Sequence record: OP744025
DNA: 64,000 nucleotides
DNA from: Escherichia phage A5-4
Direction: 5' to 3' (one strand)
The notes under the pieces are model-generated. The model was not told the origin of the DNA and ran no database searches. It saw only the letters and a list, made by a program, of their open reading frames with translations. Shown here in pieces: positions 26,278-35,932 of this stretch (its first letter is position 1; each line of letters starts with the position of its first letter). The translations under genes and the position numbers were made by a program.

Positions 26278-26733
26278 TTACCCCTGTTTAAGCTTAAAAG
26301 ATTTAAAGGCTTCGATAAAGTCCATTTCTTTTTGCGTGTATTTGTGGTCAATTGTATCAGAGAAAAGAGGGCAACGACCATCAACCAACTTCACATCCCA
26401 CAGATGTTGAGGGAGAATAAATGCAATGGCTGTAAGTGCACCATTCAAAGAATCATTCTCCTCGCAGAAAAATGCGTAAGGAATCTTCTCTATGTTTGGA
26501 GCTAAAAATCCTTCTGCAAAATTAAGCATCTTCGATTGATAGCCTCCGTTCAACAAGATCATTGTTTGGTCTTTGCTTTGCCACTGATCTACAAGGTTGT
26601 ATCTGTCATCATATCGATCGGCATAGGCAAATCCATAATGACCTACAAGGTTTGCTGCTGCATGTGCTGCTTGGATACCTGCTTGGATTCCCATCATGTA
26701 GCTGTTTACCAATACGTACATCCGAGTTTTCAA
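26278..26733 (-). CDS. hypothetical protein
   Basis: ORF track. Confidence 0.55.
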   Translation of the reverse strand: MKTRMYVLVNSYMMGIQAGIQAAHAAANLVGHYGFAYADRYDDRYNLVDQWQSKDQTMILLNGGYQSKMLNFAEGFLAPNIEKIPYAFFCEENDSLNGALTAIAFILPQHLWDVKLVDGRCPLFSDTIDHKYTQKEMDFIEAFKSFKLKQG

Positions 26734-27050
26734 TTCTTACCTCCAAAAATTCGTTTTGCAAACTTTTCATTACCAATCGTTAGATTATAAACAACCATAG
26801 TTGAATAAACAATCCACGCAAGAGCATAAAACAAAATCAAGAAAGGCCACCCTACAAACCAGAATACAGTCATTATTAACCAACCTAGCATCAGGAGTTT
26901 ATAATTAACATTTCCGTGATTTAAAGGGTCGAGTAAGTTACTGTTTTCTGGCAAAGGGATACGAAACCCGCCCTGGCGAAGCTTGATTAACAAGAACCAA
27001 GCGGCAGAACTTATAATGCAACATAAAATATACGTTAATAAACTTGTCAT
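26730..27050 (-). CDS. membrane protein, tandem paralog 1
   Basis: Shares WFLLIKLRQ.GF.IP.P motif with the adjacent 27047 gene. Confidence 0.55.
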   Translation of the reverse strand: MTSLLTYILCCIISSAAWFLLIKLRQGGFRIPLPENSNLLDPLNHGNVNYKLLMLGWLIMTVFWFVGWPFLILFYALAWIVYSTMVVYNLTIGNEKFAKRIFGGKN

Positions 27051-27376
27051 TTTTTAACCCCAAAGATCTTAGTTAGTAATTTATCATTCCCTATAGTAAG
27101 GCCACATAAACTTTTTATACCGAACACCAAGTACGACCCAATTGTAACACAGATAATAATTGGGTAAACAAGATACCAGAAGAATGTTGCACATAGCCAA
27201 CCAACCATGACCATACGTAAATTTACATTTTCATTGTTCAGGGGTTCTAGGATATACAGGTCTTCACTATCCTTGGGGAAGGGGATGTTGAACCCCTTCT
27301 GCCGTAATTTGATCAATAAGAACCAAAGTGGACAACTGATCAAACAACCTATTAAATAACCTTCAACCATTTTCAC
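27047..27376 (-). CDS. membrane protein, tandem paralog 2
   Basis: See paralog 1. Confidence 0.55.
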   Translation of the reverse strand: MKMVEGYLIGCLISCPLWFLLIKLRQKGFNIPFPKDSEDLYILEPLNNENVNLRMVMVGWLCATFFWYLVYPIIICVTIGSYLVFGIKSLCGLTIGNDKLLTKIFGVKK

Positions 27377-28613
27377 TCTCCTTCAACTTGTCAAGGTATT
27401 GTGTAACGTATCTTACTTTTACATTTCGGATTCTGCTCTTGATCTCATTTGGACGTCCCGCGAATTTTTCAGAAATCTCTTTACTTTCTTTTGAGATTGC
27501 AACACTGTTCTGGATAATCCCTGCCAGTGCTGAGAATAATACCAAAGGCTGAGTGTAACTGTCAAACATTTTTTCAGGACCACGACCACGAGAATCACAG
27601 ATGCAAGCATCAATGAATTCAGAAAGGAATGCTTGGTCCTTTTCACCACGTAAGGCTACTAACAAGTCATAAACTTTCTTCGGCTTCATTTCTTTGATAC
27701 GGTGGAGTCGCGTATGATGCTCAGTCACAGCTAAAGCCAACTTCTTCCAACTATTGGGGACACCAAAGCGATCACAAACTTGTTCAGTTAACTTGATACC
27801 GTGCTCTTCGTGACCGTGCAGTTTACCCGTTACCCAGTAAATACATTTACCTAAGTCGTGACACAGAACTGCCCACTTCACAGCTTCACTTGCACGAGTC
27901 GCCTGGGCATAATCCATGCAAAGTAAAGTGTGAACAAATGCATCACCTTCAGGATGGTGCTCCTTGGGTTGAACAACATCGTATAAATCCACAAGCTCAG
28001 GAAATTCTCCCAGTTGAGTCAACATACGGATCATTACCGAAGGTTTATTCATTTCTGACTGATCACTAAAGCATTTCTTAATCTCTGCAAATTTACGCTC
28101 TTTTGGAAGTGCACTTAAGTCTACATTTTGGCACATTCCCCAAGTGTCATGATCAATTGTAAACTCACCGCCGTATCGGGCGTGTAGTCTGGCTAATCGG
28201 TATACACGTAAAGGGTCTTCGATAAATGCTTTAGTGGATACACAACGTAACCGACTATTTTCAATATCAAGTACACCACCACAAGGGTCAATAATTTCAC
28301 CCGTGGAAAGATCCTTGGCAATAGCATTAATGGTCAAATCTCTTCGCATCAGATCTTGTTCGATTGTAACGTCTGGAGAGAACACAACCTCGAAGTCGTG
28401 ATAACCAGGGCCTGTTGATCTTTCTGTCCGAGCAAGAGCGTACTCTTCTTTGGTGTCTGGTTCAAGGTACACAGGGAAAGCTGCACCAACCTTAGTGAAT
28501 CCTTTTTCAATCATCTCTTCGTGGGTCGCACCAACAACCACGTAGTCTCGATCCTTACTTTCAACGCCCATTAGTTCATCACGAACTGCTCCACCTACCA
28601 AGTAAACTTTCAT
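27363..28613 (-). CDS. cca: tRNA nucleotidyltransferase (CCA-adding enzyme) with HD domain
   Basis: N-terminus MKVYLVGGAVRDELMG..DRDYVVVG matches bacterial Cca; HD motif LCHDLGK; start set at internal Met with RBS gaggag. Confidence 0.8.
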   Translation of the reverse strand: MKVYLVGGAVRDELMGVESKDRDYVVVGATHEEMIEKGFTKVGAAFPVYLEPDTKEEYALARTERSTGPGYHDFEVVFSPDVTIEQDLMRRDLTINAIAKDLSTGEIIDPCGGVLDIENSRLRCVSTKAFIEDPLRVYRLARLHARYGGEFTIDHDTWGMCQNVDLSALPKERKFAEIKKCFSDQSEMNKPSVMIRMLTQLGEFPELVDLYDVVQPKEHHPEGDAFVHTLLCMDYAQATRASEAVKWAVLCHDLGKCIYWVTGKLHGHEEHGIKLTEQVCDRFGVPNSWKKLALAVTEHHTRLHRIKEMKPKKVYDLLVALRGEKDQAFLSEFIDACICDSRGRGPEKMFDSYTQPLVLFSALAGIIQNSVAISKESKEISEKFAGRPNEIKSRIRNVKVRYVTQYLDKLKESENG

Positions 28614-28875
28614 ACTCTTTCTCCTCTTAAGTTTAAAGACCAATCTTTTATTTCTTCTTTCCAGTTTGTATTTCTCTCAATGTCTTGCTTTTGACCACGA
28701 AGATAGTTGATGATCTCAAGCGGGTCTTGCTTAACAAAAGAAATATTATCGATCGGACACTCAACTAACTTAAGCATCCTTTCAAAACGATTATACTCAT
28801 CTTCTGACTTTGATGCAACAGGAATAACATCGTAATCTTCAAGATTATTGAGAGTTTCAAGAGTGACCTTCATCT
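28610..28875 (-). CDS. hypothetical protein
   Basis: Internal Met of track ORF 28610..28939; ATGA coupling to cca. Confidence 0.45.
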
Positions 28876-28993
28876 CGTAACCTTCTAATTTCTTTGTCTT
28901 GATACCAAACACTCTTCGAAAGTAAATGTAATATTTCATTATGTTCTCCTAGTTGATGACTATCATTATACACATCTATGAATTCAAGTCAAT

Positions 28994-29029
28994 AAAAAAA
29001 AAAAAAAAAAGGCCACCCGAAGGTGACCT
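28994..29029 (-). terminator. intrinsic terminator (hairpin then about 17-nt T run on minus strand)
   Basis: ggccaccc gaag gtgacc hairpin 29011-29029 next to A17 on the plus strand; downstream of the stop of gene 29036..29545. Confidence 0.55.
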
Positions 29030-29035
29030 TTAAAT

Positions 29036-29545
29036 TTAAGGGTGAATCCAGTAAAAAGGTTTTGTTAAACCAAGTTTACCTTTTTTATCCCAAATAAAAT
29101 AACCATATGCTGCACCATCTGTTTTACCATCGTCAGTAAAAGAAGGTCGCTTAGATAAAGTAACTAAGTGATCAACAGGGTATTGCTTCCAGAACTCAAC
29201 ACGTTTGGTACTCTCAAGGAAACCTAAACGAAGAAGCATGATCACTACATCAGCATCCTTGTGCGCTTTTTCTACAAACTCTTGAGCTAAATTGTAAGGT
29301 GGATTAGTTAACACACAATCTACCTTATTGTATTTAGTTGCAAGATAATCAACACCTTCTTGAATCTCTCCCCAGGCTGAACCAATTGGCATTTCATTAT
29401 AAAAACTTCCAGAGGCTCTGCAAGGTTCCAGATAAGTCCAATCCTGACGGATTGGAACTAAATTCAAGAAAGCATCTACTGCCCATTTCGGAGTTTCATA
29501 GCGATCATTTTCACGGCGCTCTGCTTTAGGTTTCAATGCTGCCAC
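29036..29545 (-). CDS. putative N6-adenine-type methyltransferase (NPPY motif)
   Basis: Motifs EPCRASGSF (SAM-binding-like) and TNPPY (catalytic motif IV). Confidence 0.5.
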   Translation of the reverse strand: MAALKPKAERRENDRYETPKWAVDAFLNLVPIRQDWTYLEPCRASGSFYNEMPIGSAWGEIQEGVDYLATKYNKVDCVLTNPPYNLAQEFVEKAHKDADVVIMLLRLGFLESTKRVEFWKQYPVDHLVTLSKRPSFTDDGKTDGAAYGYFIWDKKGKLGLTKPFYWIHP

Positions 29546-29547
29546 TC

Positions 29548-30393
29548 TTATTTGCCCCCTTCTTTCGCCGCAGTGATGATCTGTTCAATTAACTCGTCAC
29601 GATAATAAACGTACTGTTCAACACCGAAACATTCCGCAATCTCGTCTAGTTCGTCGAGGTTGTACTCGTCAAAGTCTCGTGGGTTAAGAGTAAAGATGTT
29701 GAATTTTTTGGCGTAGCCTTCGTCGAGGACGATTTCAAATTCTCCCTCTCCGATTTCCTTCGCATCATCAACATCACTCGATTCGATTGACCCTTCAACC
29801 TTAATCCCCCCTGTATTTTGTTGATCGGCTTCCATTTGCTTTTTAATTGCTTCATCTTCAGCGGTCAAACGGGCTTGCATCTGAGAGGAAGTGAAGTAAA
29901 TTTCGCCAGCACGATCAAACAGTTCAACGAGTTCATCTTCTGTCATAACACCCTTGTACAGATCGTAGTATTTCTCTTTGAACAGGTCTTTGTAGAAATC
30001 GCTACGTTTAAATACCAGCGCCGAGTCACCACCCATACTCATCTGAACGTTGTGGAACATATAATGAGAACCTGGACGACAAATTCGAACATGACCAGAT
30101 AAGAAGATCATTGTTGCAGCACTTGCCACTTCACCAATGCCGTGTGTCACAACAGTCGCCTTAGCTTCAGAGATCGCTGTCATGTACATATCTGCGATAT
30201 CACAATAACCACCGCAAGAAGTAATGTATAGATTTACAATATCACCTTCTGGTGCTGAACGAATCAGATCAACAGCCTCAATATGTGCTTCAGGTGAGTT
30301 GTGCAGATCGGTAACATAGATACGCCAATCGTTAGAAGTTACTGGAGATACCCAAATGTTTTTTGCTGGACCATTCATTACGATTTCTTCCAT
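29548..30393 (-). CDS. ClpP-like serine peptidase with acidic C-terminal tail
   Basis: ClpP-like segments NLYITSCGG, GEVASAATMIFLSG, HYMFHNVQ. Confidence 0.45.
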   Translation of the reverse strand: MEEIVMNGPAKNIWVSPVTSNDWRIYVTDLHNSPEAHIEAVDLIRSAPEGDIVNLYITSCGGYCDIADMYMTAISEAKATVVTHGIGEVASAATMIFLSGHVRICRPGSHYMFHNVQMSMGGDSALVFKRSDFYKDLFKEKYYDLYKGVMTEDELVELFDRAGEIYFTSSQMQARLTAEDEAIKKQMEADQQNTGGIKVEGSIESSDVDDAKEIGEGEFEIVLDEGYAKKFNIFTLNPRDFDEYNLDELDEIAECFGVEQYVYYRDELIEQIITAAKEGGK

Positions 30394-30405
30394 ATTAATT
30401 CCCCC

Positions 30406-30876
30406 TTAGCTGATTAAAGTACGGATGCGGGTAGCGTTTTGCAGAACCCAGTCTACTACGATAGAATGGTCAGAGTCAACAATTACTTCATGATGACGTT
30501 TGAACATATCAAGAATCTTTGCTGCTTCGGCAGTATAAAGTGCCGCACGATCTAAAAAGATAATCTGCTCTTTAAGTTCTTCTGTAATCGGACATAACTT
30601 ACTTGGGACCTTGATGGCTGACAAATGTTCTACCAACTCTTTTCGAGTAGAGAACATAATATCAACCTCCTGATCGATACTAAGAGAGCCTAAGAATAAG
30701 CGAGAAAACCATCCACGATACTCATCGTTGTTTTTACGCAAAGTCTTAATTCCAAATATTAACTCTTCGAACAGGGCTGTTGCAATTTCTTCAATACGAT
30801 CAGGAACAATAGCCCCACAATTTTTCAATTCCATCAGTTTACGATGATCAACTGTTGCGTACATACCCTTATCCAT
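30406..30876 (-). CDS. hypothetical protein
   Basis: ORF track. Confidence 0.55.
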   Translation of the reverse strand: MDKGMYATVDHRKLMELKNCGAIVPDRIEEIATALFEELIFGIKTLRKNNDEYRGWFSRLFLGSLSIDQEVDIMFSTRKELVEHLSAIKVPSKLCPITEELKEQIIFLDRAALYTAEAAKILDMFKRHHEVIVDSDHSIVVDWVLQNATRIRTLIS

Positions 30877-30884
30877 ATCACCCC

Positions 30885-31202
30885 TTAAATTCCGATTAAA
30901 TATTTAAACTTCCCGTCGTTCTCTGCGATCTTGTGGATTACATAGAACCAATTTTCAATTCCGTCTTCATCTTCCTCTTTCACACGATCACCAGTTTTCA
31001 ACTCAACCTCGGAAACGTACTCCTTACTTTCAAGAAAATACTTCCACTGAACCATGTCTTTAAAATTACAGATTAGTTTATTTTTGCCATCTGTCGTCCA
31101 AAGGTCCTGATTGACCCACATACCAACAACGAAATTCTTTTCTTTTTTAGGACGACCAAGTGCATAAGTGTTGTTTAACATCTTTGCTTTATCTAAGACC
31201 AC
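30885..31202 (-). CDS. hypothetical protein
   Basis: ORF track. Confidence 0.5.
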   Translation of the reverse strand: MVLDKAKMLNNTYALGRPKKEKNFVVGMWVNQDLWTTDGKNKLICNFKDMVQWKYFLESKEYVSEVELKTGDRVKEEDEDGIENWFYVIHKIAENDGKFKYLIGI

Positions 31203-31842
31203 GTTTTGACTCCAAGTTAACTAAGAAATTCTCAAGCACTGTGATGTTGTCTTCTTTCCAAAGATTAAGTGTTCTTACTCCACTCTTCTTTGCAAGATTG
31301 ACTGCTGTAGCAGTGCCGCCCTTGGGATTGCCCGTTCTTGTTTCCTTTGCGTAGTATATCACAAACTTACTTTGCATCAAGTATGCATTTGAAAGATTTT
31401 TACCAAAAATCTGGTGTACGTTTCTTTCGTGCAACTTCCTTGCCCCCTGACTCAACTTATCCCAACCACCATGAACTTCCTTTATCCATTCCCACCTCAT
31501 TTCCTTATGTTCTGGAAATTCTATATCAATCGCGTTTAGTGAGATATTATACAGATCTTTAAGTCCCTGTCCACCTTTAAAGTTGTCCCAAGGAACATAT
31601 ACCTCTGCAAGTTTGCTCGGCGATTGAGCCATATTACAATCTTCATGAAACCTCTGCATACCCCTTTGGAAGGCTGCATCTGCACCACCTGCACCACCAG
31701 ATCGTAATGTGTACCCAACCCTTGCTAATCTCCAACCTGCATCTTCCATAATTTTTAATATTTCTTCAGGAGTCTCCCTTGAACCTATTCCTGTATAAGC
31801 TGGCACTTTAACCTCCTTCATCTTCAGTTGACCAGTACCCAT
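31189..31842 (-). CDS. DprA/Smf-like (SLOG-type Rossmann) protein
   Basis: Motifs YTGIGSRETP, TLRSGGAGGADAAFQRG and GGTATAVNLAKKSG; start approximate (internal Met). Confidence 0.4.
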   Translation of the reverse strand: MGTGQLKMKEVKVPAYTGIGSRETPEEILKIMEDAGWRLARVGYTLRSGGAGGADAAFQRGMQRFHEDCNMAQSPSKLAEVYVPWDNFKGGQGLKDLYNISLNAIDIEFPEHKEMRWEWIKEVHGGWDKLSQGARKLHERNVHQIFGKNLSNAYLMQSKFVIYYAKETRTGNPKGGTATAVNLAKKSGVRTLNLWKEDNITVLENFLVNLESKRGLR

Positions 31843-32290
31843 TAACTTTTTTCCAAAGCCTTTGGTTATCTGATCCCCTGAATCTTTTAGTTGTAGGTTT
31901 GTTTTCATTATACTTACCGTCCATGATTAAGTCAACGTGTTTCTTTATTTCCTCATCCAAGTCTTCAAAAAGATACCCTGTCCACACCATGATATCTTTA
32001 CTCTCACCAAAGCACAACTTTACTTCCTTGATGATTCTTTTTACAATATCAATATTCTCAGGGTCAAGAGGTTCTCCACCCATAATTGACAATCCACTGA
32101 TAAAGTTTCGAGAAAGATCTTTTTTCAATCTCTCCATATCTTCATCTGTGAATTCTTTTCCATACCTGTATGACCAAGCCTTTTGGTTAAAACAGCCTTT
32201 GCACTTATGGCTGCATCCACTAACCCACAGGGAGGTTCTTACACCCTCCCCGTTGATGAAGTCTGTGCTTTCATACCCGCAGATGTTCAA
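31808..32290 (-). CDS. nrdG: anaerobic ribonucleotide reductase activating protein (radical SAM)
   Basis: Cys cluster GCSHKCKGCFN; position immediately downstream of nrdD. Confidence 0.8.
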   Translation of the reverse strand: MNICGYESTDFINGEGVRTSLWVSGCSHKCKGCFNQKAWSYRYGKEFTDEDMERLKKDLSRNFISGLSIMGGEPLDPENIDIVKRIIKEVKLCFGESKDIMVWTGYLFEDLDEEIKKHVDLIMDGKYNENKPTTKRFRGSDNQRLWKKVNGYWSTEDEGG

Positions 32291-34365
32291 ACGTGTTTTT
32301 CCCTTTGTAAGACCTCCTGCATCTTACCCTTATTATAAGGTCTTGCATTCGGAGCCGATAAATAACCAGAAACCCGTCGGATTACTGAAATTGTTCCTTC
32401 TTCTTTATTCCCGCAACAAGGGCATTCAAAACCTTTTGCTGTTGCATGGAATTCACCACTAAAGTTACACTTAAAGCACTGGTCCACAGGTTGATTGACA
32501 CCAAAGTAAGGTATCATTTTATAACCGTAATCGATCAATGTTTCAAGTGCCTTCATATTATTTTTCAAGTTTGGCGTTTCAACATAACCAATATTACCGC
32601 CTGAACTTATTGTTGCGAAACCGGATTCATACTTCCACTTAGCGAAAGGATCTGAATGTTCCCAAACAGGTACATGAAAAGAGTTTGTAAGGTAGTCTCG
32701 CTTAATGGCTTCTGGATATTTTTCCTTCAGCTTTGTGGCGAAACGATAGCACAGACTCTCCGCAGGTGTTCCATAAAGACTGAAAGAAAGGTGTGAACGA
32801 TCTCTGAACTCGTCACACTTAAGTTTCATATGATTAAGGATCATTATCGCTAAACCCTTATGCTTTTGCCCCAAGATAATATCAACTGCTTCCGATAAGC
32901 CTACATATCCAATACTGATCGATGCGTACCCGTCATAGAATAACTTACTAATCTTTTCATCAGCGCCCAACCTTGCTAAAGCACCCTCCATAAACAGGGT
33001 TGGGTTTTGAGATGCTTTCACATTCTTGAGTCTATTGACACGAACCATGTGAGATTCGTATGCCTTTTCCATATGCTCGTCAAGGAAAGCGTAAAAATCA
33101 CCACCTTTTGCTTTGTACTCTGCTGCAATCAGCGGTAAATTTATAGAGACAACACCTAAATTGAATCTACCATCATACTTCTCTCCATGTTCTGTCGTAA
33201 ATTTGGAAAGGAAGCTCCTACAACCCATACTTGTAACTTTCCCATCTGAAGATCCAGTAACCTCTTTATTTAATGGCACAGAGATGAAGTCAGGATAGAT
33301 CCTTTCAACACAGCACTGCATTGCCATTTGTTTAAGGTCATAATTAACATCACCAGGTTTCAGGTTTACACCATCTTGCAAAAAGAAGACAACCTTCGGA
33401 AAAACTGGAGTTACCTTATCCTTGCCAAGCCCCTCAGTATGGACCTTTAGATAGTTTTTGGTAATCATTCTACCAAACTCTGAAGTTTCAAGACCCATAC
33501 TGATCGTAATGAAAGGCGATTGACCGTTAACACTCATTAAAGTATTAACCTGATAAACCAGAGTCTGCATTGCATCATACACATCTCGGTCTGTCATTTC
33601 CATTGCTAAAGATTCATTAGGTTTTCCGATCTTTTCTAAAAACTCGATATTCTTTTTGTGACTCATCTCAACATATGTTTTCAAACCCTCATCGATATGA
33701 GCACATGTTTGTCCTCCGTATTGACTGGATGCTACAGCCTGAATGATTTGAGTCAGAACTGTTGTTGCAACACCAATCGACTTAGGTTTTTCGATCTTTG
33801 CATTTCCAATCTTAAAACCATTTTCAAGCATGTCCCGATAGTTAACAAGACAACAGTTAGTTAATGGACTAACCAAATAATCCAAGTCGTGAATGTGACC
33901 ATAACCTTCATTGTGCCAAGCAGCGAGGTCTTTTGGCAAGATCTGATTAATACTGACATGCTTGCTTAAAATACCTGCCAGCAAGTCCCGATGAGTATTT
34001 ACCAAATTGCTAGGTTTGTTTGCATTCTCACGAGTAAATTCTTCAGCCGTTTGATCCAAAAATCCGCTAATATCTGAATAAAGTTTACCTTTGCCTTCAC
34101 GAACTGAATCCCGATCATGACGGTATTCAATATAGCATCTGGCAGCATCTTGAAGATTTTTCTGACTCATTAAGGTATTCTCAACAACCTTATGAATCTC
34201 TTCTACAGATATACGATCTTTATCTTCAATCTGACTAACGACTTCAGTAATGAGTTTATCAACATCGGCTTTAGTGCCTGCGGATAAAAGAGCGCCCCGA
34301 AGGGCTGCTCCGATCTTATCCGTGCACAAGGTTTCTTCACGCCCGTCACGTTTTGCAATAATCAA
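32287..34365 (-). CDS. nrdD: anaerobic ribonucleoside-triphosphate reductase (class III)
   Basis: 692 aa; C-terminal glycyl-radical motif RRVSGYL and zinc ribbon CFKCNFSG...CPCCGN. Confidence 0.85.
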   Translation of the reverse strand: MIIAKRDGREETLCTDKIGAALRGALLSAGTKADVDKLITEVVSQIEDKDRISVEEIHKVVENTLMSQKNLQDAARCYIEYRHDRDSVREGKGKLYSDISGFLDQTAEEFTRENANKPSNLVNTHRDLLAGILSKHVSINQILPKDLAAWHNEGYGHIHDLDYLVSPLTNCCLVNYRDMLENGFKIGNAKIEKPKSIGVATTVLTQIIQAVASSQYGGQTCAHIDEGLKTYVEMSHKKNIEFLEKIGKPNESLAMEMTDRDVYDAMQTLVYQVNTLMSVNGQSPFITISMGLETSEFGRMITKNYLKVHTEGLGKDKVTPVFPKVVFFLQDGVNLKPGDVNYDLKQMAMQCCVERIYPDFISVPLNKEVTGSSDGKVTSMGCRSFLSKFTTEHGEKYDGRFNLGVVSINLPLIAAEYKAKGGDFYAFLDEHMEKAYESHMVRVNRLKNVKASQNPTLFMEGALARLGADEKISKLFYDGYASISIGYVGLSEAVDIILGQKHKGLAIMILNHMKLKCDEFRDRSHLSFSLYGTPAESLCYRFATKLKEKYPEAIKRDYLTNSFHVPVWEHSDPFAKWKYESGFATISSGGNIGYVETPNLKNNMKALETLIDYGYKMIPYFGVNQPVDQCFKCNFSGEFHATAKGFECPCCGNKEEGTISVIRRVSGYLSAPNARPYNKGKMQEVLQREKHV

Positions 34366-34367
34366 CC

Positions 34368-35114
34368 TTAATTACCTCCTTTAAGATCCTTTTCACGAGC
34401 CTTGACAACTGCCTTACAGAATGGACTACGAACGATTTCTTCACTAGTCGCTTCAACATAATCGGCAAAGTCGTAAAGTTCATGACGATCAATGAATTCG
34501 ATTGCCCATTCTAATCCAGTTTCACGATTACGCATATCGTTCTGTGTGATATCGCCTAAGCAGAACAGCTTAGAACTTTCACCTTTACGAGTCATGATCG
34601 TGTAAGCCGTATCTTCATCTGTGTTCTGAAACTCATCGACAATAACAACCGCATTATCGAAAGAACGCCCACGGATATATTCCAGAGGAACAAATTCAAT
34701 GTTACCACAACCCAACTGAGTTTCAAAGAAACCGTGACCGTAGCGTTGCTGAATAACCTGAATAAGTGCCTGAAGGAAAGGCTCGAATTTCTCACGGATA
34801 GTCCCAGGTAGTAACCCGAGGCTGTTCCCCATTCCCAATGTTGGTCGAGTAAGGACGATCTTTTCAATCTTACCTTGCTTCAGCCAATCAATAACGGTAC
34901 TCATAATGACAAATGTCTTACCTGTACCCGCCGGAGCGTTAACGAAAACAACTTCCTTCTCGTTAACCAGAGATAACAATTCCTTTTGGAATCGGTTCTT
35001 TGGAGTAATAGGTTTTTTCAACTCTTCATAGGCTTTAGGTGTTACCTGACGGCCTTTTGAACGCTTCTCTTCACGACGATCCTGACGAGATTTACGATTA
35101 GTATGACGTTGCAT
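34368..35114 (-). CDS. phoH: PhoH-like ATPase
   Basis: Walker A NAPAGTGKT; length and motif order typical of phage PhoH. Confidence 0.8.
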   Translation of the reverse strand: MQRHTNRKSRQDRREEKRSKGRQVTPKAYEELKKPITPKNRFQKELLSLVNEKEVVFVNAPAGTGKTFVIMSTVIDWLKQGKIEKIVLTRPTLGMGNSLGLLPGTIREKFEPFLQALIQVIQQRYGHGFFETQLGCGNIEFVPLEYIRGRSFDNAVVIVDEFQNTDEDTAYTIMTRKGESSKLFCLGDITQNDMRNRETGLEWAIEFIDRHELYDFADYVEATSEEIVRSPFCKAVVKAREKDLKGGN

Positions 35115-35129
35115 AGAGTACCTCGCTTC

Positions 35130-35513
35130 TTAAGGGTAGAGTTTATGAGGGAGTTGGAAATGAGGACCATCTTTAAATGAAGTCCAATCACCGCCCCACT
35201 CAATCGGGATGTTTAATTCTTTTGCTGCATCCTTAACAGCTTCTGCCATCGGGTAATAATATTTCCAGTCCCAAGTAACCGATCCGTTAACCAAAGGCCA
35301 CAAATCTACAGCATGTCCGGTCAGATGACGACTGTTCATCGTCTTACTCTTACCTTCTGCAACATACTTACGTTGGGTTTCTATTGTACGTAGACCTTCA
35401 CCAACAGTAAAGTCAATCGTACTCTTTTTGATTGCCAGTTTCACAACTTCAACCAAGTCGGGATGAACGCCCTTAAGACGTTCAATACTCCGTTTACCTA
35501 ATACAAATCCCAT
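35130..35513 (-). CDS. peptidase M15-family cell-wall hydrolase (candidate endolysin)
   Basis: Motif SRHLTGHAVDL typical of VanY/M15 L-alanyl-D-glutamate peptidases. Confidence 0.6.
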   Translation of the reverse strand: MGFVLGKRSIERLKGVHPDLVEVVKLAIKKSTIDFTVGEGLRTIETQRKYVAEGKSKTMNSRHLTGHAVDLWPLVNGSVTWDWKYYYPMAEAVKDAAKELNIPIEWGGDWTSFKDGPHFQLPHKLYP

Positions 35514-35521
35514 TAAGTCTC

Positions 35522-35932
35522 CTAGTGAGTAACTTCAGTTTTTACATACCCCAAGATCAAATCATCTTGGATCTCTTTCATCGCCACAGACATTTTCAAC
35601 TGAACTTCAGCGATAGCTTCTGAATATTCAATTTCGTCTACAAAGCGTTGAAGATGTTCAGTGGATAACGAATCCATATTTTCCACGATCGCATTCTGCA
35701 TTACCTTTTCGTAATTTTCAGAAGTCATCGCTTCAACGATCTTCTGTTGATTTCGGACCTTAATGATATCTTCTTCTGTCTTATCTTCAATACCTTTCAG
35801 GAAGTCCAGCGTCATCACTGCCACTTCAAGGTTTGCGTCAATTGCCTTACCAACAACGTACTTTGCAATTTTATGAAGCAGACGCTCACGATCAGTCAGT
35901 TCTTTTTCAATTTTATCAACGGTATTAGTCAT
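35522..35932 (-). CDS. hypothetical protein
   Basis: ORF track. Confidence 0.55.
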   Translation of the reverse strand: MTNTVDKIEKELTDRERLLHKIAKYVVGKAIDANLEVAVMTLDFLKGIEDKTEEDIIKVRNQQKIVEAMTSENYEKVMQNAIVENMDSLSTEHLQRFVDEIEYSEAIAEVQLKMSVAMKEIQDDLILGYVKTEVTH

